A DNA stretch of 64,000 nucleotides, from the NCBI GenBank assembly GCA_043809245.1, contig JAZDDZ010000023.1:2821-66820 (forward strand), given 5' to 3'. The notes beneath the pieces were generated by a model, which did no database searches, had not been told where the DNA came from, and worked only from the letters and a program-made list of their open reading frames with translations. Shown one piece after another: positions 56,621 through 64,000 of this stretch. A program made the position numbers and the translations under genes. Source of the DNA: Candidatus Iainarchaeum sp. (GTDB lineage Archaea; Iainarchaeota; Iainarchaeia; Iainarchaeales; JAZDDZ01). Numbering within the stretch: position 1 is the stretch's first letter; every line of letters begins with the position of its first letter.

Positions 56621-57058
56621 ATGAAAAGCGTTATTAGGTTTATATTAAGGGCATTTAACCGCGTATCTACTTGGGCCGCAATAGATGAAAAAAAAGAACA
56701 AAAAAGCGAATCACCCTCAAAAAAGCCGGAAGAACTTGAAATACAAAGCATTTGGAACTATTTATCATTCAACGATAACACACAAGCATTCCACCTGGCT
56801 GGGATTATCGGCTTTGAGGAATGGGTTACAATGGATGAAATACGCAGGCGAATTGAGGAAGTATACCAAACAAGATATTTGAATGACAGGAGCCTTTACC
56901 CGTATATAAAAACACTTGTTGACTGCGGACTCTTCGAAACCACCAATGTCGGGGGGAGAAGAAAATGGAGAAAAAAAGAGCTCCTGCTAAAACTAAAAGC
57001 CCTGCAAAAAAGAGAAGAGGAAGAAGAAGCGCAAGCCGAGCAGAAAGCAACAGTATAA
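56621..57058 (+). CDS. Hypothetical protein (acidic/basic C-terminus)
   Basis: 145-aa ORF downstream of the repeat-rich region. No motif. Confidence 0.35.
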   Translation: MKSVIRFILRAFNRVSTWAAIDEKKEQKSESPSKKPEELEIQSIWNYLSFNDNTQAFHLAGIIGFEEWVTMDEIRRRIEEVYQTRYLNDRSLYPYIKTLVDCGLFETTNVGGRRKWRKKELLLKLKALQKREEEEEAQAEQKATV

Positions 57059-57066
57059 AAAAACCA

Positions 57067-57672
57067 CTATTTTTTTCCTTGGCTGCTTATTTTTTTATAA
57101 GAAGCATAAAATGACGAAAGCCGCTCAGACTTTAAGCTGGATTCTTTGAACCATGATGTGTTTAAAATTTTTTCAGCTTCGGTTAACATTGATTGCCTTA
57201 ATGGATCCCTGGTGTCGGCTTCAACATCAACCAATTCAGACAGGGCAGAATCAACCTGCCGAGGCACTTTTGATTTTGTAAAAACATAAGTTCGGTCAAT
57301 TAATGATTCCAGGGCAGAAACAACCTCCTTTTCATTTAAGTGCTTTTCATCCATGTAATAAACCGCTTTCCAGTCACCCTTGCCCTCCCAGGCGTGTGTT
57401 GGGTTTTTGCCGGTCTTGAAAAAAGTGACAAGCTTGTTAAACGCAGAAGGGGGAATAATTACACAGTTCTTTCCCGGGCGAATATAAGGAATATCGGATA
57501 GAACGCCTTTTCTGTGGTAACGGTATGTTTTGCCATTGGACTTGGATACGTTTTGTGTATAGCCATAAATCGCCCTGAAAAGCTTTTGGTAAGTATAAGA
57601 TGAATGTTTAACTGATTCTGGAATTATAAACTTATATTGAATAAAAAACCCATTTACAGGCAGAACAGACAC
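57067..57672 (-). CDS. Hypothetical protein
   Basis: 201-aa ORF with no motif. Confidence 0.35.
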   Translation of the reverse strand: MSVLPVNGFFIQYKFIIPESVKHSSYTYQKLFRAIYGYTQNVSKSNGKTYRYHRKGVLSDIPYIRPGKNCVIIPPSAFNKLVTFFKTGKNPTHAWEGKGDWKAVYYMDEKHLNEKEVVSALESLIDRTYVFTKSKVPRQVDSALSELVDVEADTRDPLRQSMLTEAEKILNTSWFKESSLKSERLSSFYASYKKISSQGKK

Positions 57673-57783
57673 CCCACACTTCCGCTATTATATTTATTAT
57701 TTATTGGAAATAACTTATGTATAAAGTAAATACATAAGTTTATTTAAATGTTTACTGCGAATCACAGCAATTTGCAACTACAA

Positions 57784-58095
57784 CTATCTTCGATAATGGT
57801 AGTGCCTTGCCGGTGCAGGTGCTGCTTCCTCTTCTTCAGCTTCCACTGCAGCGCGGCCGCTGTTGATTACCACTATGTCTTTTGCGGACTTGACAAGCTT
57901 GTAGGGAATGCTTTTTTCACTGATTATTTTTTTTGCCTCTTGCTTTGACCTAGCCTTTAAAGGCTCAGTGGTAATTGTTTCAATCCTGCCTTTCTCAAGG
58001 TTGATTACAAGATCGAAAATTTTTCCCTTATACTCTCCATCCGTAGTGTATATATCCATTCCAAAAAGTTTTGACAATCGGATCGTCATTTTCAC
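57784..58095 (-). CDS. PRC-barrel domain protein
   Basis: LFGMDIYTTDGEYKGKIFDLVINLEKGRIE is PRC-barrel-like. Acidic Ala/Glu C-terminal tail. Confidence 0.5.
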   Translation of the reverse strand: MKMTIRLSKLFGMDIYTTDGEYKGKIFDLVINLEKGRIETITTEPLKARSKQEAKKIISEKSIPYKLVKSAKDIVVINSGRAAVEAEEEEAAPAPARHYHYRR

Positions 58096-58514
58096 CCCTC
58101 CAGTGAAGGAAAATAAATCCCAAAATAGATAAGTTCATCAAATATATAAATGTTTGTATATGCGGGGCTGCTTTAAAACCCCCAAAAACACCACATAACT
58201 GGTTGGAAAAACACAACATATACATAATCCCGCTACCTTACGAGGCATATTTGTTTCCGAAAGGCACCAATATCGCGACATATACATAAATACTTGGCGT
58301 TTTTTAAGGCATTTGCCGGAAATAGAGGAGGTATTGCGTGCAGTAAAAAGGTTATGTTAAGCAATCTACCTAAAAGAAGCTGGGTCTTTGGGATAGAATA
58401 GTGAAATTTGAAAACAAGCTGGAGGCATAAAATAGAGTAGTCCGGCATAAAATAAAGCGGCATGGCAGAAAACAGAGTAGTGGAAGTAGGGGGCCTCCGA
58501 ACGCAATAAATGCA

Positions 58515-59396
58515 CTATAGTCGATCAAGCGGGCTTTGTACCTTTTTCAATGCAGTTGTGCTTACATGCGTGTAAATTTGGGTTGTGCTTAAACTGCTGT
58601 GCCCAAGAAGCTCCTGTATTGTGCGTATGTTTTCCCCTGCTTCAAGCAGATGCGTGCCGAATGAATGTCGCAGAACGTGTGGCGTGACTCTTTGCGCTAT
58701 CCCTGCCTTTTTTGCTGCAAGCGAAACAATTCGTTCCACTGTATTGGTGCTTATCGGCGCGGAAGTGGTTTTCTTTGAGAAAACAAATTCGCTTTTTACC
58801 TTCTTTTTTTTCAGGTATTTTTTAATGTCCTTTGCCCATTGTTTGGAGAGGATTACTACACGGTCCTTGTTTCCCTTTCCACCCTTCACCCTTGCAGTAT
58901 GCTCTTTCAAGTCAATGTCCTGGATGCGCATTTTCACGGCTTCACTTACCCTAAGGCCGCTTGAGTAAAGAAGCTGCAGCAGCAGCCTGTTCCTTCCGCC
59001 CTTTGTTGCCTTGAAAAGCGAGGACACATCCTCCTTTGTCAGGATGCTTGGAAGCTTTTTAGCTTTTTTTGCGATGCGCACGTCCTCCACAATTTTTTTG
59101 TGCAGATAGCTGTGAAAAAAGAAACGTAGCGCCGAATGCGCCAAGGCAAGTGTTGCATTTGACGAGTTTCTTTTCTCTTTCATCTGCGCCAGAAAGGAAA
59201 CAATGTCATCGCGTTCGCAGGCATTTGCCGGCTTGCCCGCGGAAGCAAGGAACTTTTCAACGAAAAAGACGTACATTTTTTGCGTTCTAACAGAGTAACC
59301 GGAAATCAGGAGCTCCTGCCTGAATTTTTTCAGGACATCCGCTGCCCTGGTTAAATCCGCGGTTTTCACATCTTCTGCAAACGTAGCATCATTCAT
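58515..59396 (-). CDS. Tyrosine site-specific recombinase (XerA/XerC/D-like integrase)
   Basis: C-terminal catalytic blocks (R...HVLRHSFGTHLLEAGENIRTIQELLGHSSLSTTQIYTHV). The track ORF extends to 59729 through a low-complexity Ser-rich stretch. The internal ATG at 59396 is chosen (294 aa). Confidence 0.75.
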   Translation of the reverse strand: MNDATFAEDVKTADLTRAADVLKKFRQELLISGYSVRTQKMYVFFVEKFLASAGKPANACERDDIVSFLAQMKEKRNSSNATLALAHSALRFFFHSYLHKKIVEDVRIAKKAKKLPSILTKEDVSSLFKATKGGRNRLLLQLLYSSGLRVSEAVKMRIQDIDLKEHTARVKGGKGNKDRVVILSKQWAKDIKKYLKKKKVKSEFVFSKKTTSAPISTNTVERIVSLAAKKAGIAQRVTPHVLRHSFGTHLLEAGENIRTIQELLGHSSLSTTQIYTHVSTTALKKVQSPLDRL

Positions 59397-59538
59397 TAGA
59401 GAATTAGCGCAGCACGCTATTAATAATTTTTCCCGAAGCCGCATAAAGGGAATTTTTTTAAATGCGCGCAAAAAAGGAAAGCTATTTATTTCTTTCACGC
59501 GGATTTTTCCGCGCGCAACTTTAATAAATGTTTTTGGT

Positions 59539-59766
59539 GTGACTTTCAGTATGGCTCTGAAAAGGAAAAAGGAAGGGCGTGCACTGGGTGAAACCGCGGA
59601 CATGAAAAACTGGCGCAAGCAGTTCGAGAAAATGAGCATTGACGAGCACGACGAAAAACTCAGGCTGCTTGGCCTTGACGACGAGGATATTGAGGAATTC
59701 AACGAGGATTTCTCCAAGGGCGGCAGCAAAAAAAAGCTGATTGACCTTGTGGCAGAGGAAAAATAG
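59539..59766 (+). CDS. Small acidic hypothetical protein
   Basis: 75-aa ORF with no motif. Confidence 0.3.
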   Translation: MTFSMALKRKKEGRALGETADMKNWRKQFEKMSIDEHDEKLRLLGLDDEDIEEFNEDFSKGGSKKKLIDLVAEEK

Positions 59767-59798
59767 CTGCCTGCGCATTCCCAAAAAATCCTTTTTTA

Positions 59799-60491
59799 TT
59801 GCTTTTCAATCCTAATTTTTTCATGTTCAAAGCAGTTCTATTCGACCTGGATAACACGCTGATTGACTTCATGAAAATGAAGCGAATGAGCTGCGAGGCC
59901 GCGATTTCCGCGATGATTGATTCCGGGCTTTCACTGGGGAAAGACGAGGCATACCAAAAACTCTTTGAATTGTATGACGTCCACGGAATAGAGCACCAGC
60001 TGATATTCCAGAAATTCCTCGAGGAAACAACCGGCGAAATTGATTTCAGGATTCTTGCAAACGGAATTACCGCTTACAGGCGCGTGCAGACCGGTTTTCT
60101 GGAGCCATATCCCCATGTGCGCCCTGTGCTTATCGCGCTCAAGGAAAAAGGGTTAAAACTCGGCATAGTCAGCGATGCGCCAAAACTCAAAGCCTGGCTT
60201 AGGCTAAGTGAAATGAATTTAACGCATTTTTTTGACGTGGTGGTTGCGCTTGACGACACAGGCCAGTTGAAGCCAAGCAAAATGCCTTTTGAGGCAGCCG
60301 TGAAAAAGCTTGGCATTCCCGCGGAAAAAATTCTTTTTGTGGGGGATAACCCGCAAAGGGATATTGAAGGCGCAAAGCAAAGCGGAATGAAAACCGCGCT
60401 GGCAAAATACGGGCAGATATTCAAGTCAAACGGCATTGAAGCGGATTACGCGCTGGGGGACATCAGCGACCTGCTGAAAATAGTAAAGTGA
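59799..60491 (+). CDS. HAD-superfamily hydrolase
   Basis: N-terminal motif I (AVLFDLDNTLID) and C-terminal motif (FVGDNPQRDIEGAKQSGM). Confidence 0.75.
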   Translation: MLFNPNFFMFKAVLFDLDNTLIDFMKMKRMSCEAAISAMIDSGLSLGKDEAYQKLFELYDVHGIEHQLIFQKFLEETTGEIDFRILANGITAYRRVQTGFLEPYPHVRPVLIALKEKGLKLGIVSDAPKLKAWLRLSEMNLTHFFDVVVALDDTGQLKPSKMPFEAAVKKLGIPAEKILFVGDNPQRDIEGAKQSGMKTALAKYGQIFKSNGIEADYALGDISDLLKIVK

Positions 60492-61270
60492 AACAGGAAA
60501 CAAAAATGAACGCGGAAAACACGTGGAAAAAACTTGTTAAAAAAACCAAAAACTTTTTCCGAAAAGCGGGAAAGAAAAAAGCGGTTTTGGGCCTGAGCGG
60601 CGGCATTGATTCCGCGCTGGCGCTGCTTGTTCTAAAGGAAGCGCTTGGTGCAAAAAATGTTTTCGTGCTGCTTATGCCGGAGAAAGGCCTGACGAAAGAG
60701 GCGAATATGGCTGACGCCAAAAAGCTTGCGGAAAAATTGGGCGTGAAATTCAAGGAGATTGAAATAAGCGCAATTCTTAAGCCGTTCAAACAACTTCCGT
60801 GGAAGCAAAGCAGGATTGCAAAGGCAAACCTCAAGGCAAGGTCAAGGATGCAGGTTCTTTACAGCTATGCCAACTCGTTTAATGCATTGGTTGTCGGAAC
60901 AGGCAACAAAACCGAGCTCTGTTTGGGCTATTTCACAAAGCACGGGGACGGAGCATGCGATGTGCTGCCTTTAGGCGATTTGTGGAAAACCGAAGTGCGG
61001 GTGCTTGCAAAATTCAAGAAGCTGCCTGAAACTTTCCTGGAAAAGGCACCAAGCGCGGAGCTCTTCAAAGGGCAGACAGATGAAGGCGAAATCGGGGCGA
61101 GCTACGCAGAAATGGATGCCGCACTGGAACTGCTTGTTGAAAAAAGGCTTTCAAGGCAAAAGATTCTGGCGGCAGGGGTCAGCGGGAAAACGCTTTCCCT
61201 TGTGGAAAAAAAAATGAAGGAAAGCGAACACAAACGGAGCATGCCGGAAATAATTCCTCTAAAAAACTGA
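60488..61270 (+). CDS. nadE: NH3-dependent NAD+ synthetase
   Basis: PP-loop GLSGGIDSALAL and NadE layout. 4-nt overlap with the upstream HAD gene. Confidence 0.85.
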   Translation: MKQETKMNAENTWKKLVKKTKNFFRKAGKKKAVLGLSGGIDSALALLVLKEALGAKNVFVLLMPEKGLTKEANMADAKKLAEKLGVKFKEIEISAILKPFKQLPWKQSRIAKANLKARSRMQVLYSYANSFNALVVGTGNKTELCLGYFTKHGDGACDVLPLGDLWKTEVRVLAKFKKLPETFLEKAPSAELFKGQTDEGEIGASYAEMDAALELLVEKRLSRQKILAAGVSGKTLSLVEKKMKESEHKRSMPEIIPLKN

Positions 61271-61276
61271 TTTCCC

Positions 61277-61627
61277 TCAAAAAGTGATTTTTTTCCTGTT
61301 TTTGGATTCCGCCATCAGCACTTTTTCGACAACGTCTTCGCTTAATTTCTTGTAGGCAAAGAAAATGAAGAAAAGCACGAACCATGGAAGCAAAAGCACG
61401 AGTATGGCCCAAAAGCCGCCTACAAACCATATAACCCAGGAGGTAAAAATAGTCATGGCAATAACACTATAGCCAAAGGCCAACAGAAGATACCAGATTG
61501 TTTTGGCAATCACAGCATCATTGACAAAAGGCGTTACCGCAATGATTGAGCGGATTGAAAGCACGATTATTGCAAGCAAAACAAACCAGTCAAAACCAAG
61601 CATCAGCAAAGTGTTAATTGAAGCCAT
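61277..61627 (-). CDS. Small membrane protein (3-4 TM)
   Basis: 116-aa hydrophobic ORF. Confidence 0.4.
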   Translation of the reverse strand: MASINTLLMLGFDWFVLLAIIVLSIRSIIAVTPFVNDAVIAKTIWYLLLAFGYSVIAMTIFTSWVIWFVGGFWAILVLLLPWFVLFFIFFAYKKLSEDVVEKVLMAESKNRKKITF

Positions 61628-62344
61628 CCAAATCGAATAAGATATAGGTTGTTGAGGTATTTAATTGTTCTGGCAACAGAGCAAGGGGGTGAATGGTTTT
61701 GTCGCCGTGGAAGCAAGCCAAAGAGGCAAAGATAAGGCTAACCCCCAAAAACCCCTAAAAGCCGAAGAAAAGCAGGATAGGCTCAAAATAGCCATATACA
61801 TAACTAAAAAACGTAAACAATTTGGAATAAAGAAAAATAGTTTGTCCTTTTTCCTGTTTGGGTAAGGGGCTGTTTAAGCCCTAAATGAGCCCTAGAAGCC
61901 CCTTGATTAAGCAGGAAACACAAAATTGTTAGAAAAGTGTACTTCAGGCGGCTGTACTAGGGGGTTAAAACAACCAAAAATAGCGTATTTTTTAGCTTTT
62001 CAAACCCCTATTTTTGCCTCAAAATCTGCAGCGGGAAATGTCTTTTTCAAGCCCGTGCACAGGTGAACGGAGCACAGCATGGTGCGCCAAGTGCTGCGGG
62101 GTTGCCGGGCACGGAGCCGCGACCTGCATTTTTCGTCTATTGTCTAATTTATTCTTATTATGTTCTTTTCAAAGCAGTTTATGTTTAATGGGTTAGCCAC
62201 CACTACGTTGGTAGCCCAAAACCCTTGTTTTAGCCTGTTATTTCGTTGTTAAGCGAAAACAGCATATCTACATAACCTTTTCTTGTTTTTGGGCTTTTTT
62301 TCCTCCGCAAAACCTTTAAGCTACCTTCCCTTTAATGCCTTTTT

Positions 62345-62836
62345 ATGCCTAAAACAGTTATCGGGGTTATGGGCGGCAAGGAAGCCAGTGAAAAAACCCT
62401 TGCAGCAGCCAGAAAAATGGGCTTTTTGATTGCTAAAAACGGCTGGGTTACGCTTACAGGGGGCAGAAATGAGGGGGTAATGGATGCTGCCTTGCACGGA
62501 GCAAAGGATGTGCTGGGGGGCCTGACAATAGGCGTTCTTCCTGGCGCAGACCGTTCTGGCGCATCTGAATTTTGTGATATTACGGTAATTACTGGAATGG
62601 GTTCTGCCAGGAACCAGGTTAACGTGCTTTCCTGCGATGTTGTTGTGGTTTGCAGTGGCGAGGCTGGTACGCTTTCCGAACTGGCTTTGGCTTTAAACGC
62701 GGGAAAAAACATTGTTTTGCTTGACTTTGACGCGGGAACTTCTTTTAAAAAATTTGAGGATAAAGGGCTTCTTATAAAGGTTAAAACTCCTGAGGAAGCA
62801 ATTGAAAAAATAAGGCTTTTTCTTATGGGGCAGTAG
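62345..62836 (+). CDS. TIGR00725/LOG-family Rossmann-fold protein
   Basis: VIGVMGG...TLTGGRNEGVMDAA...VVVCSGEAGTLSE pattern typical of the LOG/TIGR00725 family. Confidence 0.6.
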   Translation: MPKTVIGVMGGKEASEKTLAAARKMGFLIAKNGWVTLTGGRNEGVMDAALHGAKDVLGGLTIGVLPGADRSGASEFCDITVITGMGSARNQVNVLSCDVVVVCSGEAGTLSELALALNAGKNIVLLDFDAGTSFKKFEDKGLLIKVKTPEEAIEKIRLFLMGQ

Positions 62837-62866
62837 CCTTTTATTTTATTGGCACACAGTTAATTC

Positions 62867-63646
62867 ATGGCGTTGATTAAGGTCCGCGCTGCGGTTAAAC
62901 ATGCTTTCTACAGGCTCAATTCTTTGGAGAGTGGCAGTCAAGGCACGCCCTATGCCAGGGCAAGAATCGCGGCAAAATACTCTTTTGCCTTAAAGGTGTT
63001 GAATGGGAAAAATGCAATACTGGATGTGGGTGTTGGCAAGGGCTTCGGAATTAAAGAAACCGGTTCGGCAAAAACCTTTGTCGGCATTGACTACAATGCT
63101 GGCGGGTTAAAACTAGCGCAAGAATACCTGCTGGATTTGCGGGGGCGCCTTGTTAATGCAAGTGCAACAGCAATCCCGTTCAAAAACATTAAGGCTATTA
63201 CTGCTTTCGAGGTTATAGAGCATCTTTCAGCCAAAGAAAAAGGGGTTTTTCTTGCAGAAACAAGCCGGGCGCTGGCTAAAGGCGGAACACTTATACTTTC
63301 AACCCCGCTGCATTTTGGCCCAATTGGCTCATTAAACATTTTCCATTGGAGAAAAGAGCTGACTAAAGTACAACTGGAAAACTTGTTGGGGAAATACTTT
63401 AAACACGTTGACTTTTATGGGATGGGGGCGCAACCCAGAACTGCGGGAAAAAAGATTGCTTTGCGAATGCAGGAACTATTGGCTTCAGTTGACCCGCTAG
63501 AAATAAGGAAATTATTTCTGCCAAGGGGGTTCAGAAACAAGGTTCTTGGAAAGATCAGGGGCGCAAACGAAATAAAGCCACTTGGCGAGTACGAAAAAGA
63601 AGGGATAAAGCCGTTCACAATTCTTGCCGTGGCAAGAAAAGAATGA
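62867..63646 (+). CDS. Class I SAM-dependent methyltransferase
   Basis: Motif I ILDVGVGKGFG and downstream methyltransferase-fold blocks. Confidence 0.7.
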   Translation: MALIKVRAAVKHAFYRLNSLESGSQGTPYARARIAAKYSFALKVLNGKNAILDVGVGKGFGIKETGSAKTFVGIDYNAGGLKLAQEYLLDLRGRLVNASATAIPFKNIKAITAFEVIEHLSAKEKGVFLAETSRALAKGGTLILSTPLHFGPIGSLNIFHWRKELTKVQLENLLGKYFKHVDFYGMGAQPRTAGKKIALRMQELLASVDPLEIRKLFLPRGFRNKVLGKIRGANEIKPLGEYEKEGIKPFTILAVARKE

Positions 63647-63764
63647 CTTCCCGGGGCAGTTTAAATCCGCATTGTTCCCTTTTTAATGACATCCCTTTAG
63701 AAATTACCTACCGCTTTTATGCGGAAAAATAAGTAAAATAATTAAAAAAAGGTGAAAAAAAAGA

Positions 63765-63932
63765 ATGCCAGACGATAAATTCGGTAGAGAAATGTCAAAG
63801 GTAACATGCTCCAACTGCGGCAAAGAGACAGAAGTCCCTTTCAAGCCAGACGGAACAAGGCCTGTTTACTGCCGAGACTGCTATCAAAAGCACAAAAAAC
63901 CCTATTCTGGAAGCCGCGACAGAAGCTACTAA
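63765..63932 (+). CDS. Small zinc-ribbon protein (CxxC...CxxC), 55 aa; below the ORF-track cutoff
   Basis: MPDDKFGREMSKVTCSNCGKETEVPFKPDGTRPVYCRDCYQKHKK... with an upstream purine-rich region (aaaggtgaaaaaaaagaATG). Confidence 0.35.
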   Translation: MPDDKFGREMSKVTCSNCGKETEVPFKPDGTRPVYCRDCYQKHKKPYSGSRDRSY

Positions 63933-64000
63933 TTGCTTGCAATTAGCCTTCCAGGAAAAAGGATTAAACCCAATCTATTTCTTGTTTTTTTTATTTTTTT

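Larger units (their letters stand above)
56220..59530. mobile_element. Candidate integrated element adjacent to tRNAi-Met (tyrosine recombinase, small hypothetical ORFs, repeat-rich AT-rich intergenic DNA)
   Basis: Begins at the tRNA 3' end. It contains a periodic repeat array (56262-56410) and gtaattac repeats (56557-56600). A 10-bp inverted repeat acttatgtat/atacataagt lies at 57690-57730. It holds three hypothetical ORFs and a XerC/D-like recombinase. No clean att duplicate of the tRNA 3' end was found. Confidence 0.35.

Noticed and set aside
62014-62196. 60-aa Cys-rich ORF (CTGERSTAWCAKCCGVAGHGAATC)
   Set aside because: It lies inside a GC-rich palindromic block better explained as structured RNA or DNA. 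No start context and it runs into low-complexity sequence.
1-64000. rRNA genes or CRISPR arrays anywhere in the window
   Set aside because: No rRNA-like conserved stretches were seen. The only tandem repeat with regularly spaced units is the short 9-mer triplet.

Overview
This window reads as an archaeal chromosomal segment at roughly 45-48% GC. Archaeal markers are a partial eIF6, ribosomal protein LX, prefoldin alpha, FtsY and SRP54, TFE, aTrm56, class I LysRS, GGGP synthase, archaeal-type TIM, RPA and RadA. The conserved L31e-eIF6-LX-pfdA-ftsY cluster is present but interrupted. There are three tRNA genes (Phe, Lys, initiator Met) and no rRNA or CRISPR array.

Mobile DNA is prominent:
- An IS605-family tnpB-only element sits between the GGGP synthase and an MBL hydrolase gene.
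- A separate IS200 (tnpA) element has a related 3' end.
- RadA carries an in-frame intein with LAGLIDADG endonuclease motifs.
- A repeat-rich, tyrosine-recombinase-bearing segment next to tRNAi-Met is a candidate integrated element.

Accessory and metabolic content:
- A minimal two-subunit [NiFe] hydrogenase with HypC and a maturation protease lies in an apparent operon with a Glu/Leu-type amino-acid dehydrogenase. A class III aminotransferase and an aldehyde dehydrogenase are nearby.
- A compact thiol-disulfide locus contains a ferredoxin, a glutaredoxin, two DsbA-like proteins, a protein with three thioredoxin-like repeats and a Cys-rich membrane protein.
- A long RelA/SpoT-homologue ((p)ppGpp synthetase) gene is present.
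- A MacB/FtsX-type ABC exporter operon sits beside a CARDB-like secreted protein.
- A membrane pyrophosphatase, a PIN/RHH pair flanked by two paralogous genes, RibD, RtcA and NadE complete the picture.

The most notable non-coding signal is a ~45-bp conserved promoter-like element in three copies, each directly after a stop codon, upstream of an SSB-like OB-fold gene, a PIN gene and radA. Its TATA-proximal part is also shared with the RPA promoter.
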